Under the pieces are notes generated by a model that was not told where the DNA came from, searched no databases, and saw nothing but the letters and a program-made list of their open reading frames with translations. Made by a program: the position numbers and the translations under genes. Below are positions 1 to 8,839 of a stretch of 64,000 nucleotides of DNA, in pieces. Source of the stretch: an uncultured Eubacteriales bacterium (GTDB taxonomy: Bacteria > Bacillota > Clostridia > Oscillospirales > Oscillospiraceae); NCBI GenBank assembly GCA_900313925.1, contig OMTF01000026.1, positions 1,198 through 65,197 on the forward strand, written 5' to 3'. Position 1 is the stretch's first letter, and each line of letters opens with the position of its first letter.

Positions 1-144
1 AATATCATTCCGACGCATCTCTGGATGCCCACTAATTGCTTATTCTGACAGGATGCACCGCCATGCTGTCAAAGGGAGGTTTTTACGCACCGCTTAAGCG
101 TTCCTGAACAAAGGCCTTCGTCAATGACTTAATATAATATAAAG

Positions 145-168
145 CGAGCTCCTCGTGCGAGGAGCTCG
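145..168 (-). terminator. probable intrinsic terminator downstream of pnp
   Basis: Perfect palindrome CGAGCTCCTCG-TG-CGAGGAGCTCG at 145-168. It lies 57 nt past the pnp stop and is followed on the minus strand by CTTTATATTATATT. Confidence 0.6.
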
Positions 169-224
169 TAATTTTACATTCCCATGCCGGACCAGCGGAA
201 AGCGGGAGTTACCACCCGTTCCGA

Positions 225-2381
225 TCAGGTGGCGGAAGATTCTTCCTTTTCCTTCTTTTCTCTGCGTTCCCGCAGCGCTGCTTTTCGGCTCAGATCGATC
301 CGGCCGCGGTCGTCGACATTAATAACTTTCACCCATGTATAGTCGCCGACATGGAGCACGTCCTCCACTTTTTCGGTCCGCTTGTCTTCCAGGTCCTTAA
401 TCTTAATCAGGCCGTCCTTGCCGGGAGCCAGTTCGACCCAGGCACCGAAGTCGGAGCGAATGTTGCTGACTTTTCCGTAATATAGCGCACCGATTTCCGG
501 CTCAAACACGATGTCCTCGATGATCTTGCGGGCACTGCGGCAGGCTTCAATATCCTTGGAGGCGATGTAGATGGTACCGTCGTCGTTAATGTCAATCTTG
601 CAGCCGGTGGTGGCTGTGATCTCCTGAATTACCTTTCCGCCGGAACCGATGACCTCGCGGATCTTGTCCGGGTTGATATTCATCTGAATCATCTTCGGAG
701 CGGTCGCCGCAAGCTCCCCGCGCGGCTCCGGAATGGTAGGAAGAATGACCTTGTCAAGGATTTCAAGGCGTGCAGCGCGGGTCATTTCAAAGGCACTTTT
801 TACGATTTCATGCTTTAAGCCGTCATTTTTCAGGTCCATCTGAATGGCGGTGATGCCGTCCTTCGTACCGGCGACCTTGAAGTCCATTTCTCCATGGAAG
901 TCTTCCACGCCCTGAATGTCGATGAAAGTCGAAAAATCGTCGCCGTCCTGAATCAAGCCGCAGCTGATGCCGGCGACGGGCGCCTTAATCGGCACGCCGG
1001 CGTCCATCAGTGCCATCGTTGTTCCGCAGATGGAGCCCTGTGAGGTGGATCCGTTCGAGGAAAGGACCTCCGAAACGACGCGGATGGCATAGGGGAAATC
1101 TTCCACGGAAGGAATCACGCAGTCCAGCGCTTTTTCCACCAAGGCGCCGTGACCCTGCTCCCGGCGGCCGGTGGAACGCGCCGCCCGCGCTTCGCCGGTG
1201 GAATACGGCGGCATGTTGTAATGGTGCATGAAGCGCTTTTCCGTTTCCTCCCAGATGGTATCCAATTTCTGGGCATCCGAAAGGGTCGAGAGGGTGGCGA
1301 TGGAAAGCACTTGCGTCTGGCCGCGGGTAAACAGGGCGGCCCCGTGCACTCTTGGAATGACGTGCACTTCGGCGCCCAGCGGACGGATTTCATTCATGGC
1401 GCGGCCATCCACGCGATGCCCCTCCAGAAGCCAGCGCTTTACAATCTTCTTCTGCATTTTATACAGGATTTCATCCATGTAATCCATCATATCCGGATGC
1501 CCTTCCAGATATTTTTCCTGTACTTTTTCTATCCATTCGTTAACACGGGCTTCCCGCACGTTCTTATCGTCGGTGTCCATGCAGTATTCCATGCCTTCCA
1601 TGTCATTTTCGCACAGGAGGTTGAACAAGTCCTCGTCGAAAGCGGCGTGCTCATATTCGAATTTGGGCTTTCCGACTTCCGCAACCATTTGATCGATCAG
1701 ATCCAGCACCGGCTGCAGATGCGCATGCGCCTGTACAATGCCTTCGTACATGACGTCGTCGGGAACCTGGTCCGCTTCCGACTCGATCATAACGATCTTT
1801 TTATGCGTGGCGGCAACGGTCGTGATCATTCGGTTTCCGCTGTGGCGCTCCTCCTGCGTCGGATTGAACAGATACTTCTCACCATCCCAGCCCAGCACAA
1901 TGCCCGCAATCGGTCCGTTGAACGGAACGTCGGAAATCGAGACAGCGGCGGAGGCGCCGATCATGGCGGTAATTTCCGGAGAGCAGTCGTAGTCGACGCT
2001 CAGCACTTCGCAGGCGATGACGACGTCATTGCGAAGATCGGAGGGAAACAGAGGCCGCATGGGCCGGTCTATCAGGCGGCTTGCCAGAACCGCATTCAGG
2101 CTAGGCTTTCCTTCCCGGCGCATAAACGAACCGGGAATCCGACCAACAGCATACAGTTTTTCATTGAAGTCAACGGAAAGCGGGAAGTAATCCACGCCGT
2201 CTTTTGGCCGGGGAGAGGCGGTGCAGGTTACGAGGACGGTCGTTTCTCCGTACCGAACCAGAACAGAGGCATTGCAGAGCTCCGCCATTTTTCCGACTTC
2301 CAGGGACAAAGGACGGCCTTCAAATTCCATTTCAAATTTTTTATACTTTGGAAATTCCTTGTGTGTGGTAATGATTTCCAT
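225..2381 (-). CDS. pnp: polyribonucleotide nucleotidyltransferase (PNPase)
   Basis: The 815-aa ORF carries two RNase PH-like halves plus KH and S1 regions (GKVIQEI..., YYGKVSNIRSDFGAWVEL). The true start is taken as MEIITTHKEF at 2381, preceded by GAAAGGAGATTTT; the upstream 97 codons are leader read-through. Confidence 0.95.
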   Translation of the reverse strand: MEIITTHKEFPKYKKFEMEFEGRPLSLEVGKMAELCNASVLVRYGETTVLVTCTASPRPKDGVDYFPLSVDFNEKLYAVGRIPGSFMRREGKPSLNAVLASRLIDRPMRPLFPSDLRNDVVIACEVLSVDYDCSPEITAMIGASAAVSISDVPFNGPIAGIVLGWDGEKYLFNPTQEERHSGNRMITTVAATHKKIVMIESEADQVPDDVMYEGIVQAHAHLQPVLDLIDQMVAEVGKPKFEYEHAAFDEDLFNLLCENDMEGMEYCMDTDDKNVREARVNEWIEKVQEKYLEGHPDMMDYMDEILYKMQKKIVKRWLLEGHRVDGRAMNEIRPLGAEVHVIPRVHGAALFTRGQTQVLSIATLSTLSDAQKLDTIWEETEKRFMHHYNMPPYSTGEARAARSTGRREQGHGALVEKALDCVIPSVEDFPYAIRVVSEVLSSNGSTSQGSICGTTMALMDAGVPIKAPVAGISCGLIQDGDDFSTFIDIQGVEDFHGEMDFKVAGTKDGITAIQMDLKNDGLKHEIVKSAFEMTRAARLEILDKVILPTIPEPRGELAATAPKMIQMNINPDKIREVIGSGGKVIQEITATTGCKIDINDDGTIYIASKDIEACRSARKIIEDIVFEPEIGALYYGKVSNIRSDFGAWVELAPGKDGLIKIKDLEDKRTEKVEDVLHVGDYTWVKVINVDDRGRIDLSRKAALRERREKKEKEESSAT

Positions 2382-2503
2382 AAAATCTCCTTTCGGGATC
2401 ATATGAGGTGGACACGGAGACCGGCTCTCTTTAGCCCTTGAAACCGCATCCGAAAAATCGGGTGCAGATTCAAACACTAAAGGAAGCGGCCTTTTTCGAA
2501 GGG

Positions 2504-2538
2504 CAGAAAAACGGAGACAATATGAAATTGTCTCCGTT
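2504..2538 (-). terminator. rpsO terminator / pnp leader hairpin
   Basis: On the minus strand, ACGGAGACAA-TTTCATA-TTGTCTCCGT is followed by TTTTTCTGCCC, about 40 nt after the rpsO stop. Confidence 0.7.
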
Positions 2539-2577
2539 CCTAAACGTTCTATACCCCTCAGATGCGGCGCATATGCG

Positions 2578-2844
2578 TCACTTGCGGATGCCGAGCTTTG
2601 CAATAATTGCTCTGTAACGCTCAATATCCGTTCTTGCCAGATAGTCCAGCAGCCGACGGCGCTTACCGACAAGCTTGTACATTCCCAAACGGCTGTGGTC
2701 GTCGTTCGGATGGTTCTTCAGATGTGCAGTCAGCTGGTTGATGCGTTCCGAAAGAATGGCAATCTGCACTTCCGGAGAACCGGTGTCGTTGTCACTGCGC
2801 TTGTTTTCCGCAATGACAGCACTTTTCTGTTCTTTTGTAATCAT
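2578..2844 (-). CDS. rpsO: 30S ribosomal protein S15
   Basis: 88 aa. Contains [49 protein letters not shown], typical of S15. An SD sequence (AAAGGAGATCC) precedes the ATG. Confidence 0.97.
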   Translation of the reverse strand: MITKEQKSAVIAENKRSDNDTGSPEVQIAILSERINQLTAHLKNHPNDDHSRLGMYKLVGKRRRLLDYLARTDIERYRAIIAKLGIRK

Positions 2845-3084
2845 AGGATCTCCTTTCTTTTTGCGAAACCCAGCGTCTAAGCCGCAGGCGGAAAGGATCT
2901 CTGCACAGCAGACGGTATTCCTGCAGCATGGAGCGCGGGCACATATGTCAGCATGTTAACACCGGCGCAAGATTTTGTAAAGGTTTTTTTAGGAAAATAG
3001 GACAAAAAACAGGGCAAATTGAGTGCAAAAGAGAACTTCCGTGCAGAAGAAACGGGCGATCGCAAAAAGCGGCTGCCGCCATCG

Positions 3085-3113
3085 TTGGAAAGCGCCTGAC
3101 TTCGCGGTATAAT
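3085..3113 (+). promoter_or_regulatory. sigma-A type promoter for the MATE transporter gene
   Basis: TTGGAA-N17-TATAAT, 33 nt upstream of the start codon. Confidence 0.5.
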
Positions 3114-3145
3114 CAGGACAGGGAAAAGGGAAAGGAGCGCATGCC

Positions 3146-4513
3146 ATGGAAAACAGAACGGACATGACCGTCGGCGTAGGCTGGAAGCATGTGGTTCACT
3201 TTTCCCTGCCTCTGATGCTTGGGAATTTCCTGCAGCAGCTTTACAATACCGTCGACGGCATCATCGTCGGGCAGATGATCTCCGAAGAAGCCCTGGCAGC
3301 CGTGGGAAACTGCTCCATGCTGATTTTTCTCTTTCTTGCCATTGCGATGGGGCTTTCCAACGGCGCCACGGTAGCGCTCTCTCAGTATTTCGGGGCGCGG
3401 CAGGAAAAAAATATGCGGCTATGCGCGTCCAGCGCAATCCTGCTTCTTGTCGGACTGGGGCTTGTCTGCGCAGCGGCGGGAGCCGCCTTCGCAACACCGC
3501 TGCTGCAGGGGCTGATGGGGACGCCGGAAGGGCTCGTTCTGACGTTCAGCGAAAGCTATTTTCGGATTTATGCCATCGGGCTCCTGTTCCAGTTTGCGTA
3601 TAACATTCTGGCAGCGGTTCTTCGCGCCGTGGGCGACAGCCGCGCCACGATGTATTTTCTGCTGATTTCCTCGATCCTGAATATCGGGCTGGATCTGCTG
3701 TTTGTGGGAAGTTTTCACTGGGGCGTTGCGGGGGCCGCGGCGGCGACGGTCCTGTCCCAGGCAGCCAGCGTTGGCTTCAGCTGGCGATATATTATGCGGC
3801 ATTACGCCGTGTTCCGTTTCCGGCGGGGCGAATTCGTTTACGATCGCCGGATGGGCGCAATCTGCCTGAAGATGGGAGTTCCGACGATGTTGCAGCAGGG
3901 CGCGGTGGCGCTGGGCGGCGTGATCATGCAGCGCCTGGTCAATTCCTTCGGCGGGCAGCTTATGGCAGCCTATACGGTAGGGAACCGGGTGCAGAATTAT
4001 GCCTTTATTCCCATCTTCGGATTTAATTCCGGAATGGCGGTCTTCTCGGGGCAGAACATCGGGGCAGGGAAGACGGAGCGGGTTCAGGAGGCGATCCGCA
4101 GAGTGGAGCTTCTTTCCGTCGCTTTCGCGCTGGCTATCTCTGCCCTTTCCTATGCCTTTGCGGGCGAAATCTCTGCGGCGTTCGGCGTGCAGGGAGAAAG
4201 CAGAACCATGGCGGTGGAGATGATACGCTTCATGAGCCTGTATCTGTTCCTCTTTGCCATTTATCTGCCCCTGATGGGGCTGCTTCAGGGCGCGGGGGAT
4301 ACGTTTTATACGATGCTCTGTTCCATGCTGACCTTGGCGCTTCGCGTCGCAACGGCCTATTTTCTTGTCTTTTTCTGCCATATGGATTATCATGCCACAT
4401 GGGTTTGTATTCCGGTCGGATGGGCGCTCGGCGTCCTGATGGGCGTGGGGAGATACCTGTCCGGAACATGGAAGAAGAAAAGCATTGTCCGACGGGAGGA
4501 GGAGAACGGATGA
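3146..4513 (+). CDS. MATE family efflux transporter
   Basis: 455 aa with about 12 TM segments. The N-terminus (HFSLPLMLGNFLQQLYNTVDGIIVGQ) is typical of MATE/NorM proteins. SD AAAGGAG lies 8 nt upstream. Confidence 0.9.
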   Translation: MENRTDMTVGVGWKHVVHFSLPLMLGNFLQQLYNTVDGIIVGQMISEEALAAVGNCSMLIFLFLAIAMGLSNGATVALSQYFGARQEKNMRLCASSAILLLVGLGLVCAAAGAAFATPLLQGLMGTPEGLVLTFSESYFRIYAIGLLFQFAYNILAAVLRAVGDSRATMYFLLISSILNIGLDLLFVGSFHWGVAGAAAATVLSQAASVGFSWRYIMRHYAVFRFRRGEFVYDRRMGAICLKMGVPTMLQQGAVALGGVIMQRLVNSFGGQLMAAYTVGNRVQNYAFIPIFGFNSGMAVFSGQNIGAGKTERVQEAIRRVELLSVAFALAISALSYAFAGEISAAFGVQGESRTMAVEMIRFMSLYLFLFAIYLPLMGLLQGAGDTFYTMLCSMLTLALRVATAYFLVFFCHMDYHATWVCIPVGWALGVLMGVGRYLSGTWKKKSIVRREEENG

Positions 4514-5115
4514 CCAGCACAGATTTTTTCGCTTTGATATCGCGCATGAAATATATCTCCCGCTGGGGATTGATGCGCAACTCGGTACCGGAAAACATTC
4601 AGGAGCACAGCCACATGGTCGCAGTCGTCGCGCACGCGCTTGGCGTGATCCGAAGAGACATCTACGGAATTGCCTGCGATCCGGAGGCCTGCGCCGCCGT
4701 CGCCCTGTATCATGACGCGTCGGAAATCCTGACGGGCGATCTCCCGACACCGATAAAATACAACAACGAAGAGATTATGGACGCATATCATAAGGTGGAG
4801 GACCTGGCGTCCCGGAAACTGCTGTCCATGCTGCCGGAGGCGCTGCAGCCGACCTTTTCGGACATTATCTGCGGGGAAACGGCAAAAGCGGTCTATCCAC
4901 AGGTAAAAGCGGCAGATAAAATCTGCGCGTATATTAAATGCATTGAGGAGAGGAAGGCCGGCAATCGGGAATTTTTGTCTGCGGAAAAGCAGATCCGTAC
5001 GGTTTTGGAAGCGTCTCCGCTGCCGGAAGTAAAATATTTCATGGAGCAGTTCATCCCGAATTTCGAAAAGAACCTGGACGAACTCGGAACGCTGCGGGAG
5101 GCGGAAGATCTATGA
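4510..5115 (+). CDS. yfbR: HD-domain 5'-deoxynucleotidase, YfbR-like
   Basis: MTSTDFFALISRMKYISRWGLMRN..EHSHMVAVVAHAL..YHDASEILTGDLPTPIKY aligns closely with E. coli YfbR. The ATG overlaps the MATE stop (ATGA). Confidence 0.85.
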   Translation: MTSTDFFALISRMKYISRWGLMRNSVPENIQEHSHMVAVVAHALGVIRRDIYGIACDPEACAAVALYHDASEILTGDLPTPIKYNNEEIMDAYHKVEDLASRKLLSMLPEALQPTFSDIICGETAKAVYPQVKAADKICAYIKCIEERKAGNREFLSAEKQIRTVLEASPLPEVKYFMEQFIPNFEKNLDELGTLREAEDL

Positions 5116-5321
5116 AGCAGGAAAAGCTGGATCGCATCAGCGAGCTTACGCGGATTGCCCGTGAAAGGGAATTGACGGAAAGCGAAATTTCGGAGCGGAT
5201 GGTTCTCCGGCAGGAATACATTGCCGAATGGCGGCGGGGGACCCTAGAGGTTCTGGACAATCTGTACATTGTTACAGGGGACGGAAAAAAGCATAAGGTC
5301 CAGAAAAAGAAAAGAAGCTGA
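5112..5321 (+). CDS. DUF896/UPF0291 family small protein
   Basis: 69 aa. RISELTRIARERELTESEISERMVLRQEYIAEWR is typical of YnzC-like proteins. Start is coupled to the upstream stop by ATGA overlap. Confidence 0.8.
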   Translation: MKQEKLDRISELTRIARERELTESEISERMVLRQEYIAEWRRGTLEVLDNLYIVTGDGKKHKVQKKKRS

Positions 5322-5420
5322 AGCGGCGGAAAAGAGTGCAAATACCCGGGGAAGAAGTTCATTCTCCCCGGGAAAATTCTCGAAAAACCCTTTTTTAAGA
5401 TAACTTAAAGTGGAAAGAAT

Positions 5421-7154
5421 ATGATACGGGCAATAAAGCAAAGGGATGACAGAACTATGCAAAAAAACAGAAAAAGAAAAACAAGTGCTGGCGTTACCGC
5501 CATTCTGCTCATTGCCGCGATGCTCTGCATGAGTCTTGGCGCCTATGCGGAAGGCGAAGCGGGCGGGGGAACGCCTCCGGGGGGAGGTATGCCCGGAGGT
5601 GCGGACACCATGACGTACGACTACACCGGGACGCTGGAGGGCATCTGCAGTGCAGACGGGACCGAGGTAACATCCAGCGCGGAAACGATTGCCTCCACCC
5701 AGGCGGATGTGAATGCTGCCCTTGCATCAAACGGCGGAACGCTGACCATTACGAAGGGAACGCTTACGAAGTCGGGTGATGACGATAATGGGGACAACTG
5801 CAATTTCTACGGCATTAACTCCATTGTACTGAGCAGCGGCGACGAGTCCCTTGCGGCGATAGACAATTCGGATCTTTCCGCAGAGAGTTCGGGATCCAAT
5901 GCCCTGTTTGCAACGGACGGAGCGACCATATACGCCTATAAAGATACAATTCACACGACCGCAGACAACTCCCGCGGAGTGGACGCGACTTATGGAGGCA
6001 CCGTGATTGGAACGGCGCTTACGATTACGACGGAAGGGGATCACTGCGCGGCGCTCGCGACCGACCGCGGCGGCGGATACATTTCCGTTACGGACAGCTC
6101 ACTGAGCACCAAAGGGTCGGGGTCTCCGCTCCTTTACAGCACCGGAGACATTGAAGTCAGCAACCTGACCGGAACGGCCTCCGGGAGCCAGATCGCCGGG
6201 ATGGAAGGCCTGAATACGATCCTTATTTACGATTCGGAACTGTCGTCCTCCATTACGGACGCAACGGCAAGCGATCCGGTTGCAAACGGGATTATCCTCT
6301 ATCAGTCCACGTCCGGAGACGCGGAAGCCAAAACCGGGGACAGCGCGACGTTCCAAGCGGTAAATTCCAGTCTGTCCAGCTCCATTTCCTCCGGCGCGAT
6401 GTTTTATGTGACAAACACCACCGCCAATATTCTGCTGCAGAATACGGTTCTTTCCTTTGACAGCGAGGCGGCCGATCTGCTTTACATCGCAGGAAATGAC
6501 GCAAACAACTGGGGTACGGCCGGCTCCAACGGCGGAACCGTTTCCCTTACGGCAAGACAGGAACAGCTGGAAGGAAACATTACGGTGGACACCATCAGCT
6601 TTCTGAACCTATATCTTCTGGAGGGAACCACTTATACGGGGGCGATCCGGACCGAAGAAAACGCGAACGGCACATCCAGTGAAAGCGGCATCACGGTAAA
6701 TCTGGATGCAGATTCCGTCTGGGTCGTCACAGAAGATACGACGATTGCAAATCTCAATGCCGAAGCGGGGAGCAAAATCGTAGACGCAAACGGCGATCCC
6801 GTATCCATCGTCGCCGGCGGCAGCACGGTACAGCAGGGGACAGGGAGCGTAACCGTGACCGTAACCGGAAGCTATGGTACCGCCGTGACCACCGATGCGG
6901 GCAACGAACTTTACACAGACTATATTGACCGTACCGCGTTTGATGAAAGATACGGCACGGAAACTGCATTTTCGGCGGAAACGTTAGCAGCGGAAACGGA
7001 TACGGCTGCCGACAGCGGCAGCGGGACCGAAAGTGCGGCGACGGAGGAACAGGGCGGACAGAGCAGCTGGGTTCTCATCCTGGTTCTTGTCCTTATCGCA
7101 GCGGCGATCCTTGTCGGCATTCTCGTACATAGCCGCCACAGAAAAAAGGAATAG
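5421..7154 (+). CDS. secreted, C-terminally membrane-anchored protein with beta-helix-like T/S/G-rich repeats (function unknown)
   Basis: Has a signal peptide (MQKNRKRKTSAGVTAILLIAAMLCMSLGAYA; an alternative start is at 5457) and a G/P-rich linker. A long S/T/G/D/N-rich body follows. The C-terminus is a TM segment plus RHRKKE tail, with no sortase motif. Confidence 0.75.
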   Translation: MIRAIKQRDDRTMQKNRKRKTSAGVTAILLIAAMLCMSLGAYAEGEAGGGTPPGGGMPGGADTMTYDYTGTLEGICSADGTEVTSSAETIASTQADVNAALASNGGTLTITKGTLTKSGDDDNGDNCNFYGINSIVLSSGDESLAAIDNSDLSAESSGSNALFATDGATIYAYKDTIHTTADNSRGVDATYGGTVIGTALTITTEGDHCAALATDRGGGYISVTDSSLSTKGSGSPLLYSTGDIEVSNLTGTASGSQIAGMEGLNTILIYDSELSSSITDATASDPVANGIILYQSTSGDAEAKTGDSATFQAVNSSLSSSISSGAMFYVTNTTANILLQNTVLSFDSEAADLLYIAGNDANNWGTAGSNGGTVSLTARQEQLEGNITVDTISFLNLYLLEGTTYTGAIRTEENANGTSSESGITVNLDADSVWVVTEDTTIANLNAEAGSKIVDANGDPVSIVAGGSTVQQGTGSVTVTVTGSYGTAVTTDAGNELYTDYIDRTAFDERYGTETAFSAETLAAETDTAADSGSGTESAATEEQGGQSSWVLILVLVLIAAAILVGILVHSRHRKKE

Positions 7155-7172
7155 AGCGGACCGGTTTCGGCA

Positions 7173-7219
7173 CCGTCCCCTGCAGAGCATTTCGGAGCGC
7201 CTGCGGGGGACGGTTTTCC
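7173..7219 (+). terminator. intrinsic terminator
   Basis: CCGTCCCCTGCAG ... CTGCGGGGGACGG followed by TTTTCC, 19 nt after the stop. Confidence 0.7.
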
Positions 7220-7335
7220 GCACCTTTGCAGGCAGGAAATTGCTTTCCATACAATGTTGCCCTTGCAATGCGCAGGGACTTTTACTAGGGTGGAAACAGA
7301 GGAAAAATACTTATGGGAAAGCGGGTGCGCAGAAT

Positions 7336-7764
7336 ATGGGACAAGAAAACCGAAAGGAAGCGAATCGCGCCCTCTATGATCGCATTAAAGAAAGCTTTGA
7401 TCGGCAGACTTTCCTGCAGCTTATCGGGGCGAAACTAGAGAGCGTGGAACCGGGAAAGGTCGTGATCAGCTGCGAAAGGCGAAAAGATCTCTCACAGCAG
7501 CATGGATTCATTCATGCCGGAGTGGTTTCCAGCATCGCGGACGTTGCCTGTGGCTATGCGGCAATGAGCATGAAAAGCGAGGGGGATGTTCTGGCCGTAG
7601 AGTATAAGATTAATCTTATCCGGCCTGCGGCGACAGACAAAGTAACGGCAACCGCGACGGTCATCAAAGCGGGCAGGACGCTGACGATAGCCGAAGCGTC
7701 CGTTACCGGGACGGACGGCAAGCTCATTGCAAAAATGCAGTCTACGGTTATGTCCGGAAAGTAA
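7336..7764 (+). CDS. PaaI-family hotdog-fold thioesterase
   Basis: 142 aa. FLQLIGAKLESVEPGKVVISC...QQHGFIHAGVVSSIADVACGYAA is the PaaI/YigI pattern. The upstream part of the 243-aa ORF is not coding-like. Confidence 0.85.
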   Translation: MGQENRKEANRALYDRIKESFDRQTFLQLIGAKLESVEPGKVVISCERRKDLSQQHGFIHAGVVSSIADVACGYAAMSMKSEGDVLAVEYKINLIRPAATDKVTATATVIKAGRTLTIAEASVTGTDGKLIAKMQSTVMSGK

Positions 7765-7795
7765 GGGGAAAAAGAGCCGGCCGTGGCATGAAAAA

Positions 7796-7826
7796 ATGCT
7801 CCAGCGATGCAGCCGGAGCATTTTTT
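7796..7826 (+). terminator. intrinsic (bidirectional-looking) terminator after the thioesterase gene
   Basis: A6, then ATGCTCCAGC-GATGCA-GCCGGAGCAT, then T6. Confidence 0.65.
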
Positions 7827-7866
7827 CTTCAGTTTGAGGGATGTAAGAGATGTAGGAGAAAGAAAA

Positions 7867-7929
7867 GTGTTGTGTAAGGAATTCCTTATCACGACTATAA
7901 GATACTGGACATTTATGTCGCTGTCGTGA
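7867..7929 (+). CDS. candidate 20-codon small ORF, copy A (MLCKEFLITTIRYWTFMSLS)
   Basis: GGAG-N8-GTG. Same length and same stop position as copy B. Differences in codons 2, 6, 7 and 20 are synonymous. Confidence 0.3.
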   Translation: MLCKEFLITTIRYWTFMSLS

Positions 7930-8070
7930 ATCGAAAAAAAACAAATTGTAAACAACTTCCTCCTAAAAGGAGGGGAAATGGGAGAATTTCAAAAGGTCCG
8001 GCCGGAAAAGAAAAATTGCTCCGGCGGGCAGCCGGAGCGATTTCTGCTTTGGGATGTTGGAGAAAGAAAA

Positions 8071-8133
8071 GTGCTGTGTAAGAAGTTTCTATCGATGGGG
8101 AAAGAATACAGAAAAAATATGACGGGATCATGA
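8071..8133 (+). CDS. candidate 20-codon small ORF, copy B (MLCKKFLSMGKEYRKNMTGS); extends in frame to ATG 7978 as a 51-codon ORF
   Basis: GGAG-N8-GTG. The upstream in-frame ATG at 7978 sits 4 nt after AAGGAGGGG. Confidence 0.3.
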   Translation: MLCKKFLSMGKEYRKNMTGS

Positions 8134-8193
8134 ATCACGGAAAAACAAATTGTAAACGGTTTCGTAAAATCTGGACTTTTTCTGCCCCGTAAG

Positions 8194-8223
8194 TTGACAA
8201 AAGCGGAAAATAACAGGTAAGAT
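8194..8223 (+). promoter_or_regulatory. sigma-A type promoter for dfx
   Basis: TTGACA-N18-TAAGAT, about 50 nt upstream of the dfx start. Confidence 0.5.
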
Positions 8224-8275
8224 GAACCCGTACCGTATTGTAAATAGAAAAGGAACGGTAAAGGAGGTACCTGCG

Positions 8276-8650
8276 ATGCAGATCAAATTCTATCAGTGCA
8301 AGCACTGCGGAAACATCATTGCTTATGCAAAAAGCAGCGGGGTAAAGGTGTCCTGCTGCGGGGAACCGATGGAAGAAATGATTCCGAACACAACGGACGC
8401 GGCACAGGAAAAGCACATCCCGGTTTGGACACAGGAGGGAAACAAAGTTTCCGTAACGGTGGGAAGCACGTTGCACCCGATGACGCCGGAGCACTATATT
8501 CAGTGGATCTGTCTGCAGACTAAAGAGGGAAACCAGCGAAAGGAACTTGCCCCCAACACGGATCCCAAAGCCTGCTTTATGCTATGCGATGGGGATGAAG
8601 TGGAAGCCGTATACGCGTATTGCAACCTGCACGGCTTCTGGAAAGGCTGA
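8276..8650 (+). CDS. dfx: desulfoferrodoxin (2Fe superoxide reductase)
   Basis: 124 aa. N-terminal CxxC...CC desulforedoxin centre (CKHCGNII...SCCGEPM). C-terminal His/Cys ligands (EKHIPV, HPMTPEHYIQW, CNLHGFW). SD AAAGGAGG lies 8 nt upstream of ATG 8276. Confidence 0.9.
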   Translation: MQIKFYQCKHCGNIIAYAKSSGVKVSCCGEPMEEMIPNTTDAAQEKHIPVWTQEGNKVSVTVGSTLHPMTPEHYIQWICLQTKEGNQRKELAPNTDPKACFMLCDGDEVEAVYAYCNLHGFWKG

Positions 8651-8668
8651 CCGCAAGCGATGCAAGAC

Positions 8669-8697
8669 CTGCCTTCGAAAGAAGGCAGCTTTTTTTT
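8669..8697 (+). terminator. intrinsic terminator after dfx
   Basis: CTGCCTTC-GAAA-GAAGGCAG followed by CTTTTTTTT. Confidence 0.8.
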
Positions 8698-8839
8698 CCA
8701 AAAAAGGCCGATCAAAGTGTAGCAGGGAGCACAATTCCGAACCGGGCGCTCTACTATAATAAATCCAGAACGAAAAGCCGCGAAGTTCGCGGGAAAGAAA
8801 GGGACGCAAAGAAATCTGGATACACAAGGGGGAAACATC

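Larger units (their letters stand above)
7775..8160 (+). repeat. imperfect tandem duplication of an intergenic unit of about 200 bp
   Basis: Three blocks are shared between the copies at about 7775-7955 and 7996-8160:
- CCGGCCG..AAAAAtTGCTCCrGCG..GCAGCCGGAGC
- GGAGAAAGAAAAGTGyTGTGTAAG
- TCrTGAATC..AAAAACAAATTGTAAAC. Confidence 0.7.

Noticed and set aside
1-48. A possible 3' end of a plus-strand gene at the window start (frame 1, ending TGA at 46-48).
   Set aside because: Only 15 codons are visible, which is too little to support a call.
1149-2441. A 430-aa plus-strand ORF. The same class includes 3419-4750(-), 10294-11511(-), 13037-13966(+), 15879-16856(+), 56722-57873(+) and 59006-60265(+).
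   Set aside because: All lie antisense to strongly supported genes (pnp, MATE/yfbR, rplJ-rplL, relA, recJ, purL, purD) and lack motifs or translation signals.
225-2672. N-terminal extensions in the ORF track: pnp to 2672, dtd to 12861, thioesterase from 7033, response regulator from 43457, hydrolase from 44289, purN to 63027 and purO to 62197.
   Set aside because: The extensions overlap neighbouring genes or terminators and are not coding-like. Internal ATGs with good SD sequences match the family N-termini.
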